64,000 bases of DNA from Narcine bancroftii (Eukaryota): assembly GCF_036971445.1 (NCBI RefSeq), contig NC_091472.1:121892001-121956000 (forward strand). Reading direction: 5' to 3'. Below, in pieces: positions 11,339-23,457 of the stretch (position 1 is the stretch's first letter; each line of letters begins with the position of its first letter). Both the position numbers and the translations under genes were made by a program. The notes under the pieces were generated by a model. The model saw nothing but the letters and a program-made list of their open reading frames with translations. It was not told the origin of the DNA and searched no databases.

Positions 11339-14110
11339 CTACTGTGGCTGGTCACATTTGAAAGTCTCGACGATTTCTTGGCAGAACAATACCTTCATCT
11401 GTCTGAATGGTGTATGATCTTGGTTGGACTTCACCAAGGACAGTTCCCTTCTGAATCCATAAGTTTGTTTGTCTTTTAGCTTAACTTGGTCACCAGTGTA
11501 GAGTTCCGGTAGGTTTATTGTTCCTCTGTCAAAGTAATACTTATGCTTTTCTTTCTGTTGTTTTTTTAATTTCTTCCCTTTATTCCCGTTTTTGATTTTA
11601 GGAGGTTCTCCTGAATGGGTAGGTTTGATCATAGCCTACGTCCTATACGGAGTTGTGCTGGTGACATACACACTCGAGCAGTGTTGTGCGGTATACTAGA
11701 ATACTCTGGTAGAAGTCTGTTCCACTGTCTTTTGCCTTGTTCATCAGTCTTTTCACTGTCTGTTCTGATTTTTCCACTAGACCATTGGACTGTGGAAAAT
11801 TAGGACTTGACGTGGTGTGTACAAAGTCCCACTCTTCAGCAAACTGTCGGAACATTAAATTGCAAAACTGGGGTCCATTGTCTGTGAAGACCTCGCTTGT
11901 CACGCCATGTCTAGAGAACATGACTTTCATACCTGTTATTACAGTATCTGCTGTGGTGGTGTCAGTCTACACACCTCTGGATACAGGGAGTAATAATAGT
12001 CTGTGACTACAAAATAGTCCTTTCCTTGACATTTGAATAGGTAAGCGCCTACCTTCTGGTCAGGTCTGTATGGTGTTGGGTGTGGCTTTCGTGATTGCTT
12101 GCTTGATATTTCTAGCATATTGTACAGTTTGACACTTCATTTGCTATGTTATTGTTGATTCTTGGCCAGTACATCACCTCTTGTGCTCTTTTCTTAAACT
12201 TTTCAATTCCGAGATGTCCTCCATGGATCCTTTTTAGCATCTCCTTTCTCAGACTCTTTGGGTTAAGGATTTTGCTTCCTTTGCAGATAATGTCTTCAAT
12301 CACTGATAGTTCCGCCCTGCAGTTCCAGTACTCTGAAACGTCAGGTGAGCAGTCCTGCTTCATGTTGGTCCATCCATCCAAGATGTTTTTTCTCAGTTGT
12401 CTCAGTGTTTCATCTTTGTTTGTCTCTGACTTTATGAGCTCCATTTTTGCATCTGATATAGGCAGTGCACTTCTGATCATGTTCATGAAGGCATTCATGT
12501 CTTCATCCATTTTGGTGTTTGCGGGCTCTCTCGTGTCAACAGCTCTAGACAACGTGTCTGCTTGTATACATTAGCTTACCCAGTGTATAGCATTGTAGCA
12601 TAATCATCATTCTTTGTATTCTCAGTGGACATTCATTTAATGGCTTTTGGAACAATGCAATCAAAGGCTTAAGGTCAGTCTCTACACTGATTGCCTGTCC
12701 TGACACAAACTGATGAAATCTTTCACAGGCGTATGTGATGCTGAGCAGCTCCTTTTCAATTTGAGCCTATCATGTCTCCACGTCTGTCAATGAGCGTGAT
12801 GCATACGCAATGGGCTGCCAGTCATTATATTTTTGCAGAAGAACTGCACCGAGCCCACTATGTAATCCGTCTAATGATATCTTGATGGGTCTCGCTGGGT
12901 CGTAAAACCTCAGAACTGGTTCCTCTGTGAGCAGTTTCTTTAGTTCACTCCATGACTTTTCATGGTCATGATTCCACTCCCATTCAATGTTCTTTTCTGT
13001 TATTCTTCTCAATGGAGCCATCTTTTCTGAGAGGTTGTATATGATTTTACCCATCTAGTTGACCATTCCATTAAACCTCTGTACGTCCTTTTTGCATTGT
13101 AGCCTTGGCATGTTCCCAATGGCAGACACCTTTCTTGGATCTGGTCTGATGCCATCACTGCCAATAATATCTCCTACAAATGTTAGTTCAGTCACCCCGA
13201 GCCGGGATTTCTCTCTATTCAGCTTCAAGTTTGCTTTCCTTATTGCTTCCATCACTTTCCTTAGTCTCTCATCATGCTCCATTCTCGTGGTTCCCCAGAG
13301 GTGGTCATCCATTGAGGTGTCAACTCTGTCCAGGGGCTCATATGGATAGTTTTGTGATACATTTCAGCAACTGAGGCAATTCCGAATGGTCACCTTAGGA
13401 ATCTGTATCTGCCAAATGGACTATTGAATGTGCACAGTCTTGAACTTGCTTCATCCAATTTTAACTGCCAAAATCCTGATGATGCATCTAACTTGCTGAA
13501 AAACTTTGCATTTGTAAACTGTGAAATGATTTCTTCACATGTTGGAAGGTTAAAGTGTTCTCTCTTTACTGCTCTGTTTAGATCTCTTGGATCCAAGCGA
13601 ATTCTAAGCTTTCCATTCTTTTTGTCCACAACAATGAGTGAACTCACCCACTCTATTAGCTCATCTATCTTCTGAATCACGTTCAGGCTTTCCATCCTGT
13701 CCAACTCTGCCTTTAGTTGCTTTTGGAGTGCAAATGGAACTTTTCTACATAGATATATTATCAGTGGCACACATTTATCACTCTGATCGTGTGTTCTCCT
13801 GGAAGGCAGTCTGGACCCTGATATAGGACATTGTACTCTTTCATGAGTTCATCATGACTGTCTCTCCTTTGCTTTCCATAATGAGGTCTCTTTTTACTAG
13901 GTTCAATTTCTCACAGGCTGTTAAACCTAGTATGGCCTGTACATCCTTTGATATCACGATGAATGGTAGCATATGCTCTCTGTCCTTGTGTTTCACTTTG
14001 ACCATGATTCTCCTTGCACTGGTATATCAGTACCTGAATATCCTGTCATCTTCATTTTTGTTCCATACATCTTTGGTCTGGGTCTAATCAGTCTCTGATA
14101 GTACATTAAT
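11339..14110 (-). pseudogene. pol remnant (protease region, RT, RNase H, integrase)
   Basis: RKVPFALQKQLKAELDRME, LDPRDLNRAVKREH, FSKLDASSGFWQ, MDD, GLGAVLLQ..PIAYASRSL, HGGHLG..C..C, TDNGPQF, SSPNFPQSNGLVEK. Broken into several frames. Confidence 0.95.
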
Positions 14111-14221
14111 TTGTCACAACATCTACATAGAATTCCTCCATCTCCCTTTCATATACTGCATGAACCATGCTTTGTTGCACTTGGTTCCTACAGCAACAGG
14201 CATAATGGTTGCTTTTGTTGC

Positions 14222-14917
14222 TCATATTGCTGGACACTTTTTTTGGTAGGTGTTGTGTACCGCATCAATGACATGGCTTTCAATTGCCCCTTTCATTTTG
14301 TTCACTGGCCACGCCTCTCTTTCCACTTTGGCGTGCTTTTTGTTCTTGCTCACTGCATCCACGTTGAAGCTAGTTTCACTGAACAGCTCTTTTGCCTGCA
14401 GATTTACAGTTTCTGTAGACCTACAGAGTGCTATGGCTTTTTCCAGGTCTAGATTTTGCTCTCTTAGCAGTTTTTTCCTTATACTACTATCTGGAATACC
14501 ACACAAAAGTCTGTCTTTTATCAACGTGTCAGTCAGTCCATCAAATTCACATGTTTTGCTTCTGTTTCTCAATTAAGTCACATATTCATCAATACATTCT
14601 TCCATTTTCTGTACATGTTTGAAAAATCTGTGCCTCTCAAATGTAACATTACATTTAGGAATGCAGTATGCCTCAAACTGTTCCATTATTTTTTCCAGTT
14701 TCATTTTGTCTCCTTCAGTAGCAAATGTGAAGTTATTATATACCCCCAGGGTTTCATCACCCACAACATGTAAGAAAACTGACGCTTTCACTTTATCACT
14801 TTTCTTGTCAGCTCTGACTGCCACTAAATACAATCCAAAATGCTGTTTAAATCTGTTCCAATTTTCAGTCACATTATCTGTCAGCTGAAGTTTGGCTGGT
14901 GAATGTAATCCTTCCAT
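14222..14917 (-). pseudogene. gag remnant of provirus 2
   Basis: MEGLHSPAKL..NWNRFKQHFGLYL..FEAYCIPKCNVTFERHRFF, LIKDRLLCGI..KLLREQNLDLEKAI. In-frame stop at about 14573 and a decayed zinc knuckle (..KKCPA). Confidence 0.9.
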
Positions 14918-14999
14918 TATTCACTGTTTTATCTTCTCTTCACTAATCAGTTGCTGACTTTAGAGTTTCCTTTTAAATTATTTCCTTTTAATTTCCTTC

Positions 15000-15017
15000 A
15001 TCCCACTTCTGACACCA
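15000..15017 (-). other. Primer-binding site complementary to the tRNA-Leu 3' end
   Basis: TGGTGTCAGAAGTGGGAT immediately inside the 5' LTR, matching the ..ATCCCACTTCTGACACCA end of vertebrate tRNA-Leu(CAA). Confidence 0.88.
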
Positions 15018-15155
15018 TGTTTCATCGTGTATTCATATGTGTGAGTTCTTGGACAACACATGGATGAAGTAAAAGATTATTTACTTATCTAATCAAACAG
15101 GAAATATAACCAAGGCCTTGCTAGTGGCCATAAAAACATGATCACTAACATTATA
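15018..15155 (-). repeat. 5' LTR of provirus 2 (138 bp, about 86 bp deleted)
   Basis: Matches both ends of 10791-11014 but lacks about 10861-10946. Confidence 0.92.
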
Positions 15156-16674
15156 GTGCATACAGCAGGGGAGGGGAAAGCGCAGTCTTTCACATGAGGA
15201 TCTTCAGTTTATTCTGGTCCTGCCCTCGCTGATTAGCATTTACCTCTCTGTTAAACCAAATGTCACAACATGGCCTAAAGCATGGAAACTATTACTTGAT
15301 GGCACCATTCTAGAAGAAACGCCTGCATCAGGAAGCTGCTGGATATAAGGACGCTAAACAAGAAAGTCTGTGGATGATGAGGTTGATTCCAATGCAGAAG
15401 CGTGCAGGAGAACTTCAGTAAGGGTAACCAACATTTGGGGCCTGGCCTGGGCTATTGGTCAGGATAAAAGAGTAACTACTATGATGTGCACTGTAAATAA
15501 ATATTTGGTTCAGATGTATTCAACTTCACAAAGCATGGAAGCTAGTACTCTTCAGCTATTTACATTTTCCAATTTGAACTAGATTGTATTCGATGAGCTA
15601 CCTTTAATCAGCTGGTTTCTAATGCCTCTGTATTCCAACAGAGCTCTTCAATTGAAAGAGTGTTTAAATATGTTTGACTTCAACCAGCCATAAGTAGGAT
15701 ATCTGTGCTTTCAAAGACCTCACACTGGTTTTCAATGAACTAGGGTACTGAAGAAATGAAGGTTAATGCTTGGCTTCTTCTGCCCTGTACCTCTGATGGG
15801 AAATTGGCAGTGCAATTTATTTCACAATTCATGCACATCCATATTTCATGCAAGGCTTCTGAAAACTTTGCAGCATCTCCATTGCACCAAAACAGTTAAT
15901 ACCGAGCACGAGAAAAGCACACCTCAACCTTCCATTCAATCACTTTAAATAAACATGTTAACACCAGAGTTTTGAACATGATTAACCAGTTGTAAATGGG
16001 GTGGTCAGTGAAGAGGAAAAAATACCTAACTTTGATGCAGTGTCAAAGCCCTTAGGAGTTCCCATTGTGTTTCATGACCAACAAATTACTTTTGAAATTG
16101 TCTGTTATGTGAGGGAATTCTGCAGACAGTAAGCTCCCACAAACACTAAAAGCTAACCCTCATCTCTGATTCGATTTCTACAATGCAGACCAATCCGTTC
16201 TCTGAAACCTCAAGACCATCGTAAATTTCTGCCAGGCATACAGTTCAGACAAGTCCATTTCTCTCATCAGTCCTGTGCTCAGCTTGACCTGTGCTGGATC
16301 AGTGTTAAACAATGACAGGTTCGAGAGGCCAAACGTCCTGTTCCTTTTCCTATTTTGTATGTTCTGAGGAGCGGAAAACTTTTTAAATGACCTCACATTC
16401 AATCTTCAACTCACACCCTCCCATTATCCCCGGGCCTGGTTAATGAAGCCTCTAAGATTGTGAGACTTTACTTCCACCACCCTTTGAGGAGGAGACTTCC
16501 AAAGGCACAGAAGGACATAGTCCTAATGTGGCAAATGGAATTAGGTGTAAAAGGCCAGAATGGACACAATGGGCTAAAGGACAGCTTTCTGTGCTGCGCA
16601 GCTCCTTGAATGACTCTTCAATCCCTTATTTTTTTAAAGGAATCTTCCTAGTTTGAGACTCAAGAACCATATGC

Positions 16675-16860
16675 AAGCAATGTTTTTGCAGCACGAGCAA
16701 ACCAGGTTCAAATCCACCACTGTCTACAAGAAGATTCTTACATTCTCACCGTGTCTACATGGGTTTCTTCGAGGTACTCTGTTTCCTCCCATGTTCCAAA
16801 GACAAATGTTTAATTGGTCACATGGGTATATTGTGAAGGGTCTGTTACCATACTGGGTCT
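16675..16860 (+). mobile_element. tRNA-derived V-type (HE1-like) SINE
   Basis: B-box-like ggttcaaatcc, then ctgtct..gggtttc..ttcctcccat..caaagac core. The same core recurs more than 10 times in the window. Confidence 0.7.
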
Positions 16861-17480
16861 CTAAATATTTGGTATGACACCAGAAACGGTGGCAAATTTC
16901 TACAGATGTGTGGTGGAAGGTGTGCTGACCAGCTGCATTTTGGTCTGGTATGGGGACACCAATATTCCTGAGTGTGAAGAGCTCCAAAAGGTAGTGGATA
17001 CAGCCCATGACATCACAGGCAAAATTCTCCTTGCTATTGAGAACATCTACAAGGAACACTGCAGCCGGAGAGCAGCAGCAATCATCAAGGATGCACACCA
17101 CCCTTCACACACTCTGTTCTCATTCCCACCATCAGGAAAGAGGTACAGGTGCCACAAGACTCACACCAGCAGGTTCAGGGACAGCTGCAATCCCTCACCA
17201 TCAGACTCCTCAACAACCAACTCAATCAGGGACCCATTTATGGACTCTTACTTGTATGATTTATTGATTTTCTTTTTTATTCTGTCTATATTGCACAGTC
17301 AATTTGTTTACATTTGTTATCTGCTTACAGTTCTTTATTTGCTTACATACACTGTGTAATAGTTTTTTTTTGCACTACCAATTAGTGGTAAATCTGCCTT
17401 TCCCGCAGGAAAAAGAAACTCAGGGATGTATGTGATGTCATGTATATACTCTTGACAATATTTGGAAAATCTGAAATCTA
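16860..17480 (+). mobile_element. Rex1/Babar LINE 3' fragment
   Basis: NFYRCVVEGVLTSCILVWYG..IIKDAHHPSHTLFSFPPSGKRYR..TSRFRDS, with tail gacaata..aatctgaaatct. Confidence 0.88.
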
Positions 17481-17484
17481 AATG

Positions 17485-17982
17485 ATCATACAACAAGAAG
17501 CACCCTCTCCAGCTCCTCAGAAAGATTAAGTGGATCTATCCAGGAAGCAAGAGCGGGCTAAGGCAAGGAAAATCTTACCCAAGGAGAATCTACACAAGAC
17601 AGCAGAACCATACAACATACTTGTTGACTACGCAGACCAATTGACAAAGGTCTTCACGAACATCTTCAACACCTCACTGCAACAGTCCATTGTTCCCACA
17701 GGTTTCAAGACTGCCACCATCATCTTGGTATCCAAGAGGGAAACAATAACAGGCCTTAATGATTACCACCCTATGTCACTGACCTCCACCATTATGGAAT
17801 GCTTTGAGAGTCTGGTGATGGAACACATCAAGGCATACCTTCCAGAGATGCTGGACACTTCAATTCACCTATAGAAGAAACGATTCCACAGAGTTGTTGC
17901 TTTGCTCTGTCCTGGCCCACCTGGAGAACGGGGCCTCACGTGCCAGGCTGCTGCTCATTGTCTCTAGCGCAGCATTTAATAC
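17485..17982 (+). mobile_element. Rex1/Babar LINE RT fragment, part 1 (interrupted by CR1)
   Basis: ADQLTKVFTNIFNTSLQQSIVPTGFKTATII..LNDYHPMSLTSTIMECFE, ending at SAFNT. Confidence 0.88.
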
Positions 17983-20900
17983 ATAGAACATTACAGCACA
18001 GTACAGGTGCTTCAGCCCTCTATGTTATTCTGACACATATATTCCTAATAAAAAAAATACTGAACCCTCCCTACCCCGTAACCCTCTCCGTCCATCAAGA
18101 ATCTCTTAAATGCCTGGCAAGGCATTCCAGACACCACAACTCAATAAGTAAAAAAACATCCCTGATGTCTCCCCTAAACTTCCCCTCCTTCATTTTGTAC
18201 ATATGTCTGTTGTTTGCTATTTCTTTCCTGGGAATCAGGTGCTGGCTGTCTACTCTATCTATGCCTCTCTTAATCTTGTAGACCTCTATTAAGTCACCTT
18301 TCAACCTCAACGCTCCAAAGAAAAATGTCCCAGCTCTACTAACCTTGTCTCATAAGACTTGTTTCCAATCCAGGTAACATCCTGGTAAATCTCCTTTGCA
18401 CCCTCTCCATAGCTTCCACATCCTTTCTATAATGAGGTGACCAGAAATGAACACAATATTCAATAAGTGTGATCACACCAGAGATAGGTAGAGTTTCAAC
18501 ATGATTTCTCCCCTCCTGAAGTCAATCGCTTGATTAATGAAGCCCAGCATCCCATGGGGCTTCTTAACTATCCTATCAGACTATGCAGCAACCTTGAGGG
18601 ATATATGGATTTGGACCGCAAGTTCCCTCTGTTCATCCACGCACTTATCCAGATTGAACTCCATCTGCCACTTTTCCGCCCATCTCTGAATCCTGTCTAT
18701 GTCCTCTTGTAACCTTCAACAACTTTCAGCTTTGATAACCTTCATGTTATCTGACCCATCCCTCCGTCTTTTCATCCAGGTCATTTATTTTTTTTTAAAT
18801 CACAAAGAGCAAAGGTCCCAGAACAGATCCTTATGGCACTCCACTAGTTACCGACCTCCAGGTAAAATACTTCCATACCGCTACTACTCTCTGCTTTCTT
18901 CCTGCAAGCCAATTTTTTAAAATCCATTCAGCCAAGGTCCCACTGATCCCATGTCTCATGACTTTCTGGATGAATCTCTCGTGGGGGACCTTGTGAAATG
19001 CCTTGCTAAAATTCATGTAGACCACATCTACCACCTTATCCTCCTCAATTTATTTTGTTACCTCCTCAAAAAATTCAATTAGGTTTCTGAGGCATGACCT
19101 TCCCTTCACAAAGCCATGATGACTATCCTTGAGTAGACTGCACTTCCCCGAATGCTCATAGATCCTATCCTTAAGAATCCTTTCCATTAGTTTGAACACC
19201 ACTGACGTAAGACTCACTATTCTATAATTCCCAGGATTCTCCGTATTATCCTTTTTTAAACAAGGGGACTACATTTGCCATTCTCCAATCCTCCCGCACT
19301 TCCCCTGTGGTCAAAGAGGATTCAAAGATCATAGCTACTTTTCCAGCTATTTCTTCCCTCACTTCCCACAGCAAGCTCGGGTATATCTCATCCATCCATG
19401 GGGACTTATCAATCTTGATGTTTTAAGAAGATACAACTCTTCCTCTTCCTTAATCTCCACATTTGTCCAGCACACAAGACTGTTCTATTCTAACCTCAGC
19501 CTGATCTAAGTTTCCTTTTGTAATTACTGATGCAAAGTTTTAATTTAGGACCTCCCCAATCTTGTCTGCCTCCAGGCACATGTTGTCTCCTTTACCCTTT
19601 TGCACCCCACCTTCATTCTTGTCATCCTTCTGTTCTTCACATACACATAGAATGCCTTGAGGTTTTCCGTAATCCTACATGCCAAGGCCTTCTTATGCCC
19701 CCTTTGAGTTCTCCCAAGTCCTTTCTTAAGCTCCTTCCTGTTTACCGTATATTTCTCATGAGTCCTTCCTTTTTCCTTCTTCCTATATCTAATATAAGCT
19801 TCCTGCTTCCTTTTGTCTAGTTGCCTCACCCGTTTCATCAGCCACAGTGTGGCCTCTCCTCTCATTGGTTGGTCCACATACTGTGTCGGGAATCCTTCTT
19901 GAATACACCTGACAAATTCAACCCCATCCATCCCTCTAGCAGGCATGAAATTCCACTTATTATTAAGGAAGTTGAAAACATCCATACAACAATCCTGTAT
20001 TTCCTGCACCATTCAAAATCTACCTAGTTATCTGTTCCTTGGTGTCCCAAAGGCTATTTGGGGGCCTACAGATTACTCCTAGCACAGTGATTGCTTGCTT
20101 CCTATTTCTGACGTCCACCCACACCAACTCAGTGAACTCCCTCTACAGCGTCCTCTCTTTCTACAGCCATGATACTATCGCTGACCTGTAATGCTTCTCA
20201 CACACCCCCACCCTATCTCCCATCCACATGCTGATCCATGCTGACTTCATCCCCTTTATTCTTAATACTCGTTACATTGAAATAGACACATTTCATATCC
20301 TCTAACTGGTTACATTTATATTTTGTCCCCTGCCTGTCCTTCTCACTAACTCAGAACACATGACATCATGCTTTTGACCTTCTGCCCTAATCTCTGCCCT
20401 CACATTCTGATTTCCACTCCCCTGACAAACTAGTTTAAACCCTCCCCAACAGCTCTAGCAAGCCTGCCTGCCAGGATATTGGTCCCTTTCCAGTTCAGGT
20501 TCAGCCTGTTCTTTTTGTACAGGTCAGACCTTCCCCAGAAGTGATCCCAATGATCCAGAAATCGGAACCCCTGCCCCCTGCACTAACTCTTCAGACACAT
20601 ATTCATCTCTTACAACTTCCTGTTCCTACCCTCTCTGGTGCGTGGTATAAGCAGCAATCCTGAGAAAACCACCCTTGAGTCCTGCTTTTTAATTTTTTTC
20701 ATATCTCTCTATATTCCCTCTTCAGGTCCTCTCCTATCTATGTCATTGGTCCCCACATGCACCACGAAGTCTGGCTGCTCACCCTCCCCCTCAAGAATGC
20801 TGTGAACTCAATAAGTCATGTCCCTGACCCTGGCACCTGGAAGTCAACATATCATCTGGGAGCCTTGATTTTGTTCAAACCTCCTATCTGCTCTCCTAAC

Positions 20901-21461
20901 CAACGAGTCCCCAATTACCATAGCTCTCCTCTTCTCCTCTCTTCCCTTCTGAGCAGAGGAGCCAGCCTCTGTGCCCGAGATGTGACCATCATGAATTGTC
21001 CCTTCAGATTGTCCCTCCCAAGAGTATCCAAAACAGTATACTTGATGTTGAGATGAATGGCCACAGGGGTGCTAAGCACTGTCTGCCTATTCCCCTTCCC
21101 TCTCCTAGCCGTCACCCAGTTACCCATCTCCTGACTTTTAGGGGTGACTGTTTCCCCTAAAGCTCATCTCTATCATTGCCTCCCAAATGATCCAGAGTTT
21201 GGTTCCTTATCTCAATCTGCCAGATGCACCTCTTGCAAGTGTAGTCATCAGGGACAATTATGCTGTCTCAGATTTCCCAAATTCTGCCATCGGAGCATTC
21301 AACTGCTTTAGCTACCATCTCCATTACGTCTTCCTAATTTAAATTCAAAGGTCTTACCTGACAGGAATCAAGCTCATTCTCAACTTCTGCTCACTGAAGC
21401 CTCATGAACCAAAGCCTGCAAGACCCACTCCTACCCTGATCCATTCACACACTGGCTCCTC
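17983..21461 (-). mobile_element. Near full-length decayed CR1 LINE (ORF1 and ORF2 remnants)
   Basis: ORF1 start at about 21318 (MVAKAVECS..VPDDYTCKRC; NWVTARRGKG). ORF2 pieces GVEFVRCIQE, VDVVYMNFSKAFHKVPH, TSGVP, RLKGDLIEVYKI. CR1 tail at the left end. Confidence 0.9.
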
Positions 21462-22345
21462 TCCAGAGGCTAGAGGAGAAGCTGTCCTTGCTGGGTCTTA
21501 ACAGCACTCTTTGTAACTGGATCCTGGACTTTCCTAAGACTACAATCTGTCAGGGTTGGTACCAGAATGTCGAACCATGGTACTATCCCTGTCACACTGA
21601 GCACTGGTGCACCTCAGGGCTGCGTGCTCAGCCAACTCCTGTTCACTCTACTGACCCACGACTCTTGTGAAATGGTGCAAAAGTAACAACCTGAGTCTCA
21701 ACGTGGACAAGACACAAGAGATGATTGTGGACTTCAGAAGGACCAGGAATGACCACCCTCCACTACACATCAACAACTCTGTAGTAGAGTGAGTGGAGAG
21801 CACCAAGTCCCTCGGAGTTCACTTAACTATCATGGACACTCAATTTCTCCTCACTTGCCATGAAGGCTCAACAGCGACTGCAATCCTGAGAAGACTGAAG
21901 AGGCCAAGGCTACCGGCCACCATTATGTCAACCTTGAGGCGCTCTATCCAAAGCACCCTGGTTGACTACATCACAGTGTGGTACAGTTGCTGCAGAGAAA
22001 TGGATCAGAGGTCAATCCATAGGACCCCCCCACCCCACCCCGCCCCCCATCAATGTGATTTACTGGGATCATTATCTGAAGATGATTTGCAAAATCATTG
22101 AGGACCCCTTCCACCCTGCACACAGCATCTTTCAGCTGCTCCCATCAGGGAAGAAATAAAGGAGTATGAGAGCCAGAACCACCAGGCTGAGGAACAGCTT
22201 TGTTTCAAGGGCAGTGAGAATCATGAATGACTAAAGGAACTGTTCACACTGACCATCCTAGACTTTCATTTGTACAAAACAATATTTATTCGTATAGATA
22301 AAATACTTATCCTGCATATGCATAGTTGGTCTGTATGTATGTTAT
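21462..22345 (+). mobile_element. Rex1/Babar LINE, part 2 (3' tail resumes at about 25884-25978)
   Basis: KLSLLGLNSTLCNWILDF, WCKSNNLSLNVDKTQEMIVDF, KIIEDPFHPAHSIFQLLPSG. Continues part 1. Confidence 0.85.
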
Positions 22346-22537
22346 AAGAACATAAGAAATAGGAGCAGGACTATTTCTGCCCATCGAGCCTGTTCCTCCA
22401 TTTAGTAAGATCATGGCTGATCTGATCATTGACTCAAGTCCACCTACCTGCCTTTTCCCCATATCCCTATGTTATATAATTGGGATAATATGAACGATTT
22501 TGTAACTGTGCAAGACTACACCCTTCTCATTGCAGTA

Positions 22538-22687
22538 NNNNNNNNNNNNNNNNNNNNNNNNNNNNNNNNNNNNNNNNNNNNNNNNNNNNNNNNNNNNNNN
22601 NNNNNNNNNNNNNNNNNNNNNNNNNNNNNNNNNNNNNNNNNNNNNNNNNNNNNNNNNNNNNNNNNNNNNNNNNNNNNNNNNNNNNNN
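22538..22687. other. Assembly gap (150 N)
   Basis: Run of N. Confidence 1.
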
Positions 22688-23457
22688 AGCCATCAGTAAA
22701 TAAAGTCTCTTTTGTTATTTGAATTTTGCATCTCTAAGTTATTTAAGAAGCCTCCCAAGTAATTCCAGAGGCATAGCACCCTTAATTTCTTTTTTATGTA
22801 AAATATATCCAACTGAACCTTAAATATGTTTAATGAAGTAGCCTCAACCACTTCCCCGGGTAGAGAATTCCACAGATTCACTACTCTCTGGAAAAAACAG
22901 TTTTTCCTCATCCCCATCTTAAATCTACTCCCCTGAATCTTGAGGCTGTGTCCCCTAGTTCTGGTCTCACCTACCAGTGAAAACAATTTTCCTGCCTCTA
23001 TCTTATCTATCCCTTTCACAATTTTATATGTTTCTATAAGATCTCCTCTTATTCTTCTGAATTCAAATAAGTATAATTCCAGATAATTTAGTCTCTCCTT
23101 GTAGGGCAATTCACTCATCTCCAGGATCAACTTGGTGAACCTCCTCTTGACTGCTTCCAAGGTCAGTATATCCTTCCTCAAGAATGGAGACCTTATCAGT
23201 ACCGTGAATATTTGCAGCATGACCTCCCTGCTCTTGAATTCAATTCCTCTAGCAATGAAGGTCAACATTCCATATGCGGTCTTAATAATCTGCTGTACCT
23301 GCAACCCAACATTTTGCGATTCATGCACAAATACTCCCAAGTCCTTCTGCACTGCAACATGCTGCAGTTTTTCACCATTTAAATAATAACCTGGTCTTCT
23401 ATTTTTCCGACCAAAGTGGATAACAACACATTTACTAACGTTGTACTATATCTGCAA

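Larger units (their letters stand above)
10791..15155 (-). mobile_element. Gypsy (Mag-like) LTR retrotransposon, near full-length decayed provirus
   Basis: LTRs at 10791-11014 and 15018-15155. 5-bp TSD gtgca at 10786-10790 and 15156-15160. tRNA-Leu PBS. PPT aagaaagggaga. gag-RT-RH-IN order on the minus strand. Confidence 0.96.

Noticed and set aside
12146-14888. Plus-strand ORFs of 80-140 aa
   Set aside because: Antisense shadows of the minus-strand gag/pol frames.
15314-15417. Possible exon KKRLHQEAAGYKDAKQESLWMMRLIPMQKRAGEL with a gtaagg donor
   Set aside because: Weak polypyrimidine tract, an equally plausible overlapping frame and no recognisable homology; unsupported without RNA data.
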